Shown piece by piece: positions 12,400 through 21,191 of a DNA stretch of 64,000 nt. The DNA lies in NCBI GenBank assembly GCA_035512595.1, contig DATKDU010000207.1:4889-68888 (forward strand). The letters run 5' to 3'. Source of the stretch: Pirellulaceae bacterium (GTDB lineage: Bacteria; Planctomycetota; Planctomycetia; Pirellulales; Pirellulaceae). A program made the position numbers and the translations under genes. Position 1 is the first letter of the stretch. Each line of letters begins with the position of its first letter. The notes under the pieces were generated by a model. That model made no database searches. It was not told the DNA's origin and worked only from the letters and a program-made list of their open reading frames with translations.

Positions 12400-12591
12400 C
12401 TATCGCCGGAAGATCGCACCAATCAGCACAAGTCCCGCAATACCCACTCCAAAGAAGCCAAGCACTGCCCATGTTGGTATCCTCCCATTCGAGCGTAATC
12501 CCGGCGGAAAGAAATACAAACCTGCCATAAGGCTGAGGGACCATGCTGCAACGGCCCATGTCACGGGTTCAAATAGAAAGTCCCACATCAC
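12400..12591 (-). CDS. small two-TM membrane protein
   Basis: 63 aa with two hydrophobic stretches. Its ATG overlaps the upstream DUF1080 stop (TGATG), suggesting coupling. Confidence 0.45.
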   Translation of the reverse strand: MMWDFLFEPVTWAVAAWSLSLMAGLYFFPPGLRSNGRIPTWAVLGFFGVGIAGLVLIGAIFRR

Positions 12592-13964
12592 AGGTCTTTG
12601 ACGAAAACATTCGCAAACTCAATCGGCGTGCCGTGGTGCTGGAGGCCGATCGGGCCGCGGGAGGGAATGCCCTGGAGCTGGGCGTTGTCGATGACCGTTT
12701 CGCCGTTGAGGACGACGGTGAGCCGGTCCCCCTGGAGCGTGATGTGAAAGCGGTTCCATTGTCCGGCCGGCTTGTCGGCTCGCTTTTTGGGAACGCACGC
12801 GGCGCGGACTTCGGCCGGCAACGCCTTGTTCTTGCGGAAGGCGACGATCTCCCCCGAGCCGCTGGGATAGCAGGAGATGTTCGCCTGCGCGTCCTCGCTG
12901 CCGCGGAGCAGGATGCCGCTGTTGCCGTAATCGTCCACTTCCACCAACTTCGGCGTGCCGTCGGCATTGACGGCCTCGTCGCCGCTGGGCAAGACAACCG
13001 GATACGACTTCTTCTCGGGCTTACCGACCAGCCGCCAATCGACGATCATTTCGAAGTCGCCGTATTCCTTGGCGGTCCAGAGGTGCTTGTCGTTGGCCTG
13101 GGCCGCTTCGCTTTTCCCGTCATATTTGAGAACCCAGTCGCTCGGCTGCCAGTGCCCTTCGCTCCCTTTGCCGACTTTCCAGCCATCCAGATCGACCCCC
13201 GTATAGAGCGTGACGAACTCCTCGGCGACGCGGCCGGTCTCTTCTGCTGACGGATTGGTGCTCGGCAGTTCCTTGATCTTGATGTTCCGGAAGTGGCACT
13301 CGGAACCTTCCGACTCCAGGGAGATGTAACCCTTGCGCGGGCTGCACAGCGAGCCGCCGGAGACTTCCTTGCCGTTGACGGAGAGCTTGATCACGCCGTC
13401 ATTACAGACGACGCGGTAGTGATTCCACTCGCCGAAGGGCTTCGCCCTGAACTCGCTCGGCAGGCAGCGCTGCGAGCCGCTGGGATGCGGCCGGTCGGGC
13501 TTCATCGTCGCACCATGAATCGGAAACACGTCGCCGTGCCCTGTGAATCCCTCCTGCTTCTTGCCCGTCTTCCTTTCCCGCTCGGCGACGTACTCATGAT
13601 CGAGGATCTGCACCTCAATGCCGCGGGTGAAGGGGGTTCCCTGGGCGATCATCGGATCCCCCCAGATGAACAGCCCCGCGTTGCCGGCCGGATGGATGTG
13701 CTTCCACTCCAGCTCGATGACAAAATTCTCGTACTGCTTCTCGGTGCGCATCACGCCGGTCGGTATGCCCGTGCTGACGATGATCCCGTCCTTCACCGTG
13801 AACGTCCCCGGCGCGACGTTGACCGGCACCCAGCCCGACAAATCCCGCCCGTTGAACAGCGGCACAAATCCCTCGGCATCGGGTTTGGTCTCGTCGGCGA
13901 AGCACAGTCCAACGCAAAGAATCACGGAGGTCAGAGACGCGGTGATGGCAGTAGTTTTGGTCAT
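12588..13964 (-). CDS. secreted protein with two tandem DUF1080 (3-keto-disaccharide hydrolase-like) domains
   Basis: 458 aa. Signal peptide, then two copies of ...F(V/T)PLFNG.DL.GW....G.F.V.DG.I... ending in ...FRNI.IKEL / FANVFVKDL. Confidence 0.85.
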   Translation of the reverse strand: MTKTTAITASLTSVILCVGLCFADETKPDAEGFVPLFNGRDLSGWVPVNVAPGTFTVKDGIIVSTGIPTGVMRTEKQYENFVIELEWKHIHPAGNAGLFIWGDPMIAQGTPFTRGIEVQILDHEYVAERERKTGKKQEGFTGHGDVFPIHGATMKPDRPHPSGSQRCLPSEFRAKPFGEWNHYRVVCNDGVIKLSVNGKEVSGGSLCSPRKGYISLESEGSECHFRNIKIKELPSTNPSAEETGRVAEEFVTLYTGVDLDGWKVGKGSEGHWQPSDWVLKYDGKSEAAQANDKHLWTAKEYGDFEMIVDWRLVGKPEKKSYPVVLPSGDEAVNADGTPKLVEVDDYGNSGILLRGSEDAQANISCYPSGSGEIVAFRKNKALPAEVRAACVPKKRADKPAGQWNRFHITLQGDRLTVVLNGETVIDNAQLQGIPSRGPIGLQHHGTPIEFANVFVKDL

Positions 13965-14006
13965 GGCGATTCCGGATCTGTTTTGGGTTCAGGGTTAAAT
14001 GAATCT

Positions 14007-14168
14007 CCACCGACCCTGGTCGGTGGGAATTACGACTGACAAGCTAGACCGAAACACCGGCACTCACTCCCCTTCCCGCCGCTTCGCGGCGGGAAGGGGT
14101 AAGAAGATAGTTTCGGGGTAGCTGCGTTCTAGCTGGCCAGTCGGGATACCACCGACCAGGGTCGGTGG
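14007..14168. repeat. cluster of three GC-rich hairpins downstream of the beta-propeller gene
   Basis: ccaccgaccctggtcggtgg (14007-14026) and ccaccgaccagggtcggtgg (14149-14168) are the same palindrome with the loop inverted. ccccttcccgccg-cttcg-cggcgggaagggg (14069-14099) has a 13-bp stem. Confidence 0.8.
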
Positions 14169-14230
14169 CGTAAGGTTGCGTCTTTGATTCAAAGCTTTGG
14201 ATCTACGGATTCTCTGAATTCCATATTCAG

Positions 14231-15139
14231 CTACGGTCCCGCTGGAATCTTGAGCTCCACCGGCTTTGCCTTCCAGTCGAGCGTCACGTGAATCAGCGGC
14301 GACTTGGCTCGCGGATCGACCACCAGCAGTTGCTCGCCGCGCCACAGGAGCCAGACCGGATGCACGAGCGGCTCCCCTTCGACGAAAATAGCCGGCGCTT
14401 CCCCCGGCGGCACTTTCCAGACCGCACGGTTGTAGCCGTCGGCCAGGTAGGCCGTGTTATCCTTGCCGAGCACGATGCCGGCGGGGAATGCCGGGCTCTT
14501 CAGCGGCTGCCCTGCGACCAGCACTTCGCTTTTACCCTCGGCATCCAATCGGATGAGCAGATCGCCGACGTGCTGCACGACGTACAGCCGCCCCTGGTCG
14601 TCGATGGTCATGCCTCGCGGCGCACCGACCTTGGCAAACTCGACCGCTTCGCCGCCGCCGGCGGGAATCTTGCGGATCGCGTGCCGCCCCGGCTCCAGGT
14701 CGGCGACAAAAATGTCCCCGGCCTTGTTCACCGCGATCGCCGTCGGAATGCCGACGCGGCCGGTGTGCACCGGCTGCGGCTTTCCTTCGTCATCGAAACG
14801 ATAGACCGTGGTCGTGGCGCTGTCTCCGGCCAGCAGCTTTCCCTCATGATCGAGCGCCAGGCAGCGGACGGCATTCAGCGGAGTTCCCAACTTGTTGGAC
14901 GCCTGGAAGTAGATGGCGGGGGTGTTATCGACGATCTTCCACACCCCCGGCAGCTTGCGATCGGCGACGAAAATCGCGCCGTCGCCGTCCACGACCGCCG
15001 ACAGCGGATAGAGCGGCTGCTTGGGCGGGACCGCCGGCTGGGGGGCCTTTGCCCCTTTCTCGGGAGCGGCCTGCTGTGCGATCAGGGGCGCAGCGAGCGC
15101 CGCGGCAACTGCGGCGCAGAGAAGGAGGTGGCGGGACAT
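14231..15139 (-). CDS. secreted NHL/SMP-30-like beta-propeller protein
   Basis: Start moved to ATG 15139 (MSRHLLLCAAVAAALAAPLIAQQ signal peptide). Repeated ...G.P.(A/G)I.(V/I)...G.(I/L)(F/Y)V(A/V)D... blades. Confidence 0.75.
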   Translation of the reverse strand: MSRHLLLCAAVAAALAAPLIAQQAAPEKGAKAPQPAVPPKQPLYPLSAVVDGDGAIFVADRKLPGVWKIVDNTPAIYFQASNKLGTPLNAVRCLALDHEGKLLAGDSATTTVYRFDDEGKPQPVHTGRVGIPTAIAVNKAGDIFVADLEPGRHAIRKIPAGGGEAVEFAKVGAPRGMTIDDQGRLYVVQHVGDLLIRLDAEGKSEVLVAGQPLKSPAFPAGIVLGKDNTAYLADGYNRAVWKVPPGEAPAIFVEGEPLVHPVWLLWRGEQLLVVDPRAKSPLIHVTLDWKAKPVELKIPAGP

Positions 15140-15228
15140 GCAGAATGCATCCAGAGGAACGACGATGGACCCACAAGCGAAGCAGCACCAGTCTACCCCG
15201 CCGGCGCAGGGGGTTCTACGGCTGCCGG

Positions 15229-18144
15229 TCACTGGTAGTTCTCGTCGTCGCCGTCCAGCAGCCCCGACTGCCGCAGGGCCTGGCCGGTGAACGACGCCTC
15301 GCAAGCCGCCACGTCTTCCGGCGTGCCGGCGACGACGACCCGCCCCCCTTCCTCGGCGGCCCCAGGCCCCAGATCGATCAAGTAATCGGCCGAACGCATG
15401 AGCTGTACGTTGTGCTCGACGACGATCAGCGAATGCCCGACGGAGAGCAGGGCGTCGAAGCAATCGAGCAGCTTGATCACGTCGGCAAAGTGCAGCCCGG
15501 TCGTCGGTTCATCGAGCAAGAACAGCGTCCGGTTGCGCGACGCTTCCGACAGGTAGCCGGCCAGCTTCAGCCGCTGGGCTTCGCCGGCGGAAAGCGTGCT
15601 GACCGGCTGGCCCAGCCGCAGGTAGTCGAGCCCGACGTCGATGAGCTGCTTGAGCCTGGCCTGCACCTTCGGCTGCCCGCGAAAGAATGAAAACGCCTCC
15701 CGGACCGTCAGTTCCAGCACCTCGGCAATGTTCAGCCCGCGGTAGCGTACCGCCAGGATCTCCTTGCGATAGCGGGTGCCGCGACAGTCGGGGCATTTGA
15801 CGAACACGTCGGAGAGGAACTGCATGTCAATTTTTTGGTAGCCGTCCCCTTCGCAGGCGTCGCAGCGGCCGCCGGGGACATTGAAGCTGAAATGCCCCGC
15901 GGAGTAGTTGTGCGTGCGGGCGTCGATGGTCTCGGCGAAGACCGCGCGGATCGCATCGAAGGCTTTGATGTAGGTCACGGGGTTCGAGCGGGGTGAGCGG
16001 CCGATCGGAGCCTGATCGACGAGCATCACGTCGTCGATCTGGCCGTCGCCGACGACGTCGTCGTGCGGCAGCGGCTTGTCACAGTCCTTGCGTTTGCGGC
16101 GGCACAGAGCGCCGTACAGCGTCTCCTGGACGAGCGAGCTTTTCCCCGCGCCGCTGACGCCCGTAACGAGACACAGGACTCCCAGCGGGAACTCGACCGT
16201 CAGGTTTGTGAGGTTATGGCCGCGGGCGTTGAGCAGTCGAATACGGCCGCGGTTGGGTTTTCGCCGCTCGCTGGGGAGCGAAATGCCTCGGCGCCGGGCG
16301 AGGAAGCTGCCGGTCAGGCATTTTTCGTCGGCAATCATCTGGCCGGGCGTCCCCTGGAACGTGATCTGGCCGCCGTTTTCGCCAGCGCCCGGTCCGATTT
16401 CGACGAGCTGGTCGGCCGCGCGAATCACCGCCTCCTCATGCTCGACGACCACGACCGTATTGCCCCGGTCGCGAAGGCGAGCGAGCGCAGCGACCAGCCG
16501 CGCCACGTCACGCGGATGCAGGCCCACCGACGGCTCGTCGAGGACGTAGAGCATGTTGACGAGGCTCGAGCCGAGCGTCGCGGTCAGCGCCACGCGCTGC
16601 GCTTCGCCGCCGGAAAGGGTCCGCAGCGTGCGGTCGAGCGAAAGGTATTCCAGCCCCACAGACTGGAGAAACGCCAGCCGGGCGGCAATTTGCTCGCGAA
16701 CGAACTGGGCGATTTTTGCCTCGGCTTCGTCAAGCTGAAGCGACTGCCAGAACCGGGACCCTTCGTCGATCCGGAGCTGCGTCACCTGGGCGATTGTTTT
16801 CTCGCCGATGCGCCACGCCAGCGCTTCGGGCTTTAGCCGCGTGCCGAAGCAGGTGGGGCAGGGTCGAGGACTTTGGTAGCGGGCGGCCAGCGACCGATAC
16901 TGCACCTTCCCTTTCCGCTCCTCGAGCGAGCGAAAGAATCCGGCCAGCCCGCCGAAGGAACGCTGCGGCACTCCCTCGCGAATCAATCGCACGTGCTCGG
17001 CCGACAGTTCGTGAAACGGCACATCCAGCGGCAGACCATACTCCGGGGCCAGGGCGAAGAGCTCCTGAAGATAGTGTTCGTGCTCCGGCGTGCTCCACGG
17101 GGTGATTGCCCCCTGCCGCAGCGAGCGGTGCGGTTCGGGAACAATCAGCTCCATGTCCAGATCGATCACCTGACCGAGCCCTTCGCAGGTGGGGCATGCT
17201 CCCAGCGGGCTGGTGTAACTGAAGCTCTTTGGCTCGGGGGTTTGATACTCCCGGCCGCAGGACGTGCAGCGCAAATCGACCGTGAATTGCAGGCGGCGAA
17301 ACGGCTTGCCGTCCACGATATGTGGTGCACTCGCTCCGCGAGTGCCCTTCGACTCGCGGAGCCAGTCGGCCACATTTTCCACCAGCGCGAAACACTCGCC
17401 CCCCCCCTGCCGGAATGCGGTCTCCAGCGAATCGGCCAGCCGCTGGCTGGAGCTGCCGCCGGCGGTCAAGCGATCGACAATCACCGAAGTAGGCACAGTC
17501 CGTATGCCGTCGTTGACCAATTTTGCCGGCGGTTCATCCGCCAAGTTCACGATCCGCTCGCCGATCAGGACGCGCGTGAACCCCTGCGCTCGCAGTTCCT
17601 CAAGCCCTGCCGCTTCGTCGCCGTCGATCCGGCGCGCAAAGCCAATCATCAGCCGCGTCCCCGCCGGCAATGCCGATAAATGGGCCGCCGCCGACTGCGG
17701 CGTCTCGCGGCGCACTTCCTGGCCGCACGTGAGACACACCAGCCGGCCGATCCGGGCAAACAGCAGCCGCAAATAATCATCGATCTCGGTCGCCGCGCCG
17801 ATCGTCGTCCGCGGCGAGCGGCTGGCCCCGTCGTGCGTCACCGCCACTGCCGCCGGCAAGTGATCGATCCGCTCCGCCGCCGGCTTTTCCAGCCGCTCCA
17901 GGAACTGCCGCGCGAACGCAGAGAAGCTCTCGATGTATCGCCGCTGCCCCTCGGCATACAGCGTATCGAGTGCCAGGCTGGTCTTGCCGCTGCCGCTGAC
18001 GCCGCAGAAGACGGTCAGCTTGCCGAGGGGAATGTCCAGATCGACGGACTGGAGGTTATGAACCTCCACGCCGCGGAGCTCGATATGGCCTTGGGGCACG
18101 GCAGCCGATCCAAGCGGGATTTTGGATGGGGACGAATCCCGCAA
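15229..18144 (-). CDS. uvrA: excinuclease ABC subunit A
   Basis: 971 aa. GVSGSGKTSLALDTLYAEGQRRYIESFS, two LSGGEAQR signatures and CxxC zinc modules. Confidence 0.95.
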   Translation of the reverse strand: MRDSSPSKIPLGSAAVPQGHIELRGVEVHNLQSVDLDIPLGKLTVFCGVSGSGKTSLALDTLYAEGQRRYIESFSAFARQFLERLEKPAAERIDHLPAAVAVTHDGASRSPRTTIGAATEIDDYLRLLFARIGRLVCLTCGQEVRRETPQSAAAHLSALPAGTRLMIGFARRIDGDEAAGLEELRAQGFTRVLIGERIVNLADEPPAKLVNDGIRTVPTSVIVDRLTAGGSSSQRLADSLETAFRQGGGECFALVENVADWLRESKGTRGASAPHIVDGKPFRRLQFTVDLRCTSCGREYQTPEPKSFSYTSPLGACPTCEGLGQVIDLDMELIVPEPHRSLRQGAITPWSTPEHEHYLQELFALAPEYGLPLDVPFHELSAEHVRLIREGVPQRSFGGLAGFFRSLEERKGKVQYRSLAARYQSPRPCPTCFGTRLKPEALAWRIGEKTIAQVTQLRIDEGSRFWQSLQLDEAEAKIAQFVREQIAARLAFLQSVGLEYLSLDRTLRTLSGGEAQRVALTATLGSSLVNMLYVLDEPSVGLHPRDVARLVAALARLRDRGNTVVVVEHEEAVIRAADQLVEIGPGAGENGGQITFQGTPGQMIADEKCLTGSFLARRRGISLPSERRKPNRGRIRLLNARGHNLTNLTVEFPLGVLCLVTGVSGAGKSSLVQETLYGALCRRKRKDCDKPLPHDDVVGDGQIDDVMLVDQAPIGRSPRSNPVTYIKAFDAIRAVFAETIDARTHNYSAGHFSFNVPGGRCDACEGDGYQKIDMQFLSDVFVKCPDCRGTRYRKEILAVRYRGLNIAEVLELTVREAFSFFRGQPKVQARLKQLIDVGLDYLRLGQPVSTLSAGEAQRLKLAGYLSEASRNRTLFLLDEPTTGLHFADVIKLLDCFDALLSVGHSLIVVEHNVQLMRSADYLIDLGPGAAEEGGRVVVAGTPEDVAACEASFTGQALRQSGLLDGDDENYQ

Positions 18145-18200
18145 TGTACCGCGGCTGGGCTGGATTGGTAATCAGCCGCGGAAAGCCGGCCTAACGCAAG

Positions 18201-18419
18201 CTAACCGGCCTGGCTCGTGGTTGCGGCCGTTTCGGTAATGCCCAGGTAGGCGTCGATGTCGCGCTGCAGTCGGGCGATCTCGTCAATCGGGCCTTCGGCC
18301 AGAACCTGGTAATTCGTGAAGTTTTGCGGGGCGATGTCACGGTGCAACGATACGAGCGCGCGGTACATGCCGCCCATGAGCTCGATACTTTGCAGCACTT
18401 CTGCATCGGACTTGATCAT
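18201..18419 (-). CDS. small helical protein, partner of the NTase-fold gene
   Basis: 72-aa ORF whose ATG overlaps the upstream gene's stop (ATGA 18416-18419). No HEPN Rx4-6H motif seen. Confidence 0.5.
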   Translation of the reverse strand: MIKSDAEVLQSIELMGGMYRALVSLHRDIAPQNFTNYQVLAEGPIDEIARLQRDIDAYLGITETAATTSQAG

Positions 18420-18862
18420 AGGGTAATCCTCAACATACCTTTGCGTATCGACGCATCACCGCGAATCCGGCTGAAAAACTCGATATGCTCCGCGAGATCT
18501 TCGCGCCCGTCTCGCCCCACGAGAACATCAAACCGGAACATCTGGCGGACACGTCGCCGCGACACGACATTATACTCCCTGGGGCGGAGTTCGGCAGAGA
18601 AATCGTGGTTCCGTTCCACGACGAGGACTAAATCCACGTCGCTGGGGGCCTCCTTGCTGGTCACAAAGCTGCCGTCCACGATCACCGCCTTGATCAGCCC
18701 GCAGGCCTTTGCCTCGCGCAGAAAGGCCTCGAGTTTTTCAAACAATCGGCACCGCCGATCCGATCCTTGAAATTGCCCAAATCGTTCGCGAATCTCTGCG
18801 GGTGTGCAATCGTAGACTCCCTCTGGAAGAAGTCCGTGGTCGTTGAGAGCCGGGATGGGCAT
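18416..18862 (-). CDS. minimal nucleotidyltransferase-fold protein (DUF6932-like)
   Basis: 148 aa. VDGSFVTSKEAPSDVDLVLVV fits the pol-beta NTase motif G[SG]-x10-D-x-D. The family name is from memory only. Confidence 0.65.
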   Translation of the reverse strand: MPIPALNDHGLLPEGVYDCTPAEIRERFGQFQGSDRRCRLFEKLEAFLREAKACGLIKAVIVDGSFVTSKEAPSDVDLVLVVERNHDFSAELRPREYNVVSRRRVRQMFRFDVLVGRDGREDLAEHIEFFSRIRGDASIRKGMLRITL

Positions 18863-18892
18863 GGAAGTTCGACGGGGCGCCAGTCAAGGTTG

Positions 18893-19669
18893 TCACTTCT
18901 TGGATGATGTCAAAACGCCTGCCAGCTTCCCCCAATCCACCTCTCGATCAAATCGCTTCGCCCCAAACGCAAGCTGCGCCACCACCGGCGGCACGCACCG
19001 CAGCTCCAACTCCAGCCGGTTGCTGATCACGCTCGGATCGGCAATCTGCTCCGGCGGATAAATGTCGTTGAGCACGATGCCGGCGACCTTCAGCCCGCCG
19101 CCATACGTCTCAGCGGCAATCAGCGTCTGGAGCGTCTGGTTGATCGTGCCGATCCGGTTCGGCGCGACGACGATCAGCGGGAAACCGAACTCCTTGGCCA
19201 GATCGGCGACGTACTCGCTGTCGCCTAGCGGGGACATCAGCCCGCCGGCCCCTTCGACGACGACGATCTGGCTCCGCTTGCGCCAGTAGTCGAGGCCGCG
19301 GCGCAAGAGGCGGCTGTCAATCTGCTTTTGCTCCTCGCGGGCCGCCAGGTGCGGCGACAGCGGCGCGGAAAATCGCTGCGGGCAGACGCGGTCGATCTGG
19401 CCCGGCTTGCCAGCCGCTTCCCAGAGAGCGAGCGCATCGGTCGAGATCAACTGCCGTCCCTGCCGCAGGCAGCCGCTGGCCGCCGGCTTGTAGACGCCAA
19501 CCTTCACTTTCCGCCGCGCCAGTGCGGCGGCAATCCGGGCGGCAACGTAGGTCTTGCCGACCCCCGTGTCGGTGCCGACGACGAACAGGCCGGCGCAGGG
19601 GGTCAACTCGCCGTTGCTGGCCTTGGCCCGGCTGGTGACTCGCTTGGTCGCAGAATGGCTTCCCCTCAT
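18893..19669 (-). CDS. bioD: dethiobiotin synthase
   Basis: VVGTDTGVGKTYVAA P-loop, EGAGGLMSPL and overall length. Confidence 0.9.
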   Translation of the reverse strand: MRGSHSATKRVTSRAKASNGELTPCAGLFVVGTDTGVGKTYVAARIAAALARRKVKVGVYKPAASGCLRQGRQLISTDALALWEAAGKPGQIDRVCPQRFSAPLSPHLAAREEQKQIDSRLLRRGLDYWRKRSQIVVVEGAGGLMSPLGDSEYVADLAKEFGFPLIVVAPNRIGTINQTLQTLIAAETYGGGLKVAGIVLNDIYPPEQIADPSVISNRLELELRCVPPVVAQLAFGAKRFDREVDWGKLAGVLTSSKK

Positions 19670-19891
19670 GCTTCCACGCTACAAAAAGGCTGGCCAGGCG
19701 GACAGCGGGGGAGCTTCGCGGCTGGTCCCCCCTGTTCAGGAATCTGAACATTTCCCTCCCAGGAAATTCTCGCCGATTCGCACGCCGACCATTGAGTCCC
19801 GCCCACACCGTAATTAGGGTGGAAGGAAGCAGGAACAACTTTGTCGGCATTGAGGCTGGAACACAACGCTTTGCATCGGGGAACTACGACC

Positions 19892-20335
19892 ATGACTGGA
19901 CTTTCGAAGTGGCTGCTGGCGATCGCTCTCGTGTGCGGCGCGCTGCCGGCCGCAGCGCAGGCTCAAGGCCCGTACAACTGGGGCTACGGCTGGGTGGACG
20001 GCTACGGCCAAGGGGACGTGGTGACCTACAACGACAACATTCCGTACTTCGCGGCCCACCCGCCGGTGTACTACAGCCTGGACATCGTCCGGCGACCGAT
20101 GGGCCCCAGCCCGTTTGCGTATCCGGGCTACTTCGCGCCGATGCAAACCGAAGTGCAGATCGTGCCGGCCGTGGCCGCCGCCCCGCAGAAGATGGCCCCG
20201 GTGATGATCAACAACTCGTACTACGTCCAGAAGGCGAATGCCGCGGTGAAAAATGCCTCGTACGTTCAGCCGCTCGATCGGGAGGCCGCCAGCCGCGGCA
20301 CGCTGCTGATCGTCAATCCGTTCGTGAAGCGATAA
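19892..20335 (+). CDS. small secreted hypothetical protein
   Basis: ATG 19892 gives MTGLSKWLLAIALVCGALPAAAQAQG signal peptide. Followed by a strong terminator. Confidence 0.65.
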   Translation: MTGLSKWLLAIALVCGALPAAAQAQGPYNWGYGWVDGYGQGDVVTYNDNIPYFAAHPPVYYSLDIVRRPMGPSPFAYPGYFAPMQTEVQIVPAVAAAPQKMAPVMINNSYYVQKANAAVKNASYVQPLDREAASRGTLLIVNPFVKR

Positions 20336-20402
20336 GCCGAATACCAATCGCCGCCCGTCGAAACCGACGCCTTGGCGGTTGATAAGAAAAGCCATCCAGT
20401 CC

Positions 20403-20442
20403 AGCGGCGCTGCCGAAGCTCTTCGGCGGCGCCGCTTTTTTT
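20403..20442 (+). terminator. Rho-independent terminator
   Basis: agcggcgctgccgaag / cttcggcggcgccgct stem (one G-U) followed by T7 (20436-20442). Confidence 0.85.
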
Positions 20443-20490
20443 GCGCCGCGAAGGGCTCCGCGGGAGAGGCAACAGTCAACGGCGCAGCGT

Positions 20491-20724
20491 TTAGTACCGC
20501 ACGACGGCTTTGACCGTCATGTTGTCGATCACCCGCCGCACTCCCATCACGCTATTGGCCGCCTGCACGGCGGCACTCTTCTGATGGGGGAACTGGACGA
20601 CTCCGGACAGCGTCACTTCCCCGCGATGGGATTGCACGCTGACCTGCGAGGGGGTATTGATGCCGCGGTTGGATAATTTCTGCGCCACCTGCTGATTGAG
20701 GGTGCGGTCGGGAATTTCGGCCAT
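20491..20724 (-). CDS. BON-domain protein
   Basis: 77 aa. VSVQSHRGEVTLSGVVQFPHQKSAAVQAANSVMGVRRVIDNMTV is a typical BON pattern. Confidence 0.8.
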   Translation of the reverse strand: MAEIPDRTLNQQVAQKLSNRGINTPSQVSVQSHRGEVTLSGVVQFPHQKSAAVQAANSVMGVRRVIDNMTVKAVVRY

Positions 20725-21191
20725 TTTGAGGCTCCTGAAAAGAGACGGGAATGGGCGCGGCAGCGGAAGTTCTTCTCGCTCGCGCTCCCACTCCCAAGGA
20801 TCGGGATTTAGCCGCCGGCAGGGGGAGGCGTCGGGCCGTGCCGGCGGCAGGTGCGGGTGGCAGTCTGCCGCTCGCCGCTCCGATCTATGGAGGGAGGCTC
20901 AGGAGGTTTGTCAGGCTGCTTCAAGTCAGCCTTCATAGATGAAGATGAGTTCAGTATGACCGCGGCCGTGAGGGAAAGCAACTCCCGTGGGCGGCAGTGG
21001 GCCAAGCGGCAATCCGGGGCGCGGCTGACGGATTGTGGCACCGTCGGCCGCAGGCGTGGGAGCACCCTTCATTCTTGGATCAAAGATTGCTGCGGCTCGT
21101 GCGAATTGTAGGATGAATGCTCGCGTACGGCCGCCAGTCCCGTCTGGCTTCCCAACTGCCAGGTCGTCGCCCCCTAGGCTGAGGGTGATTT

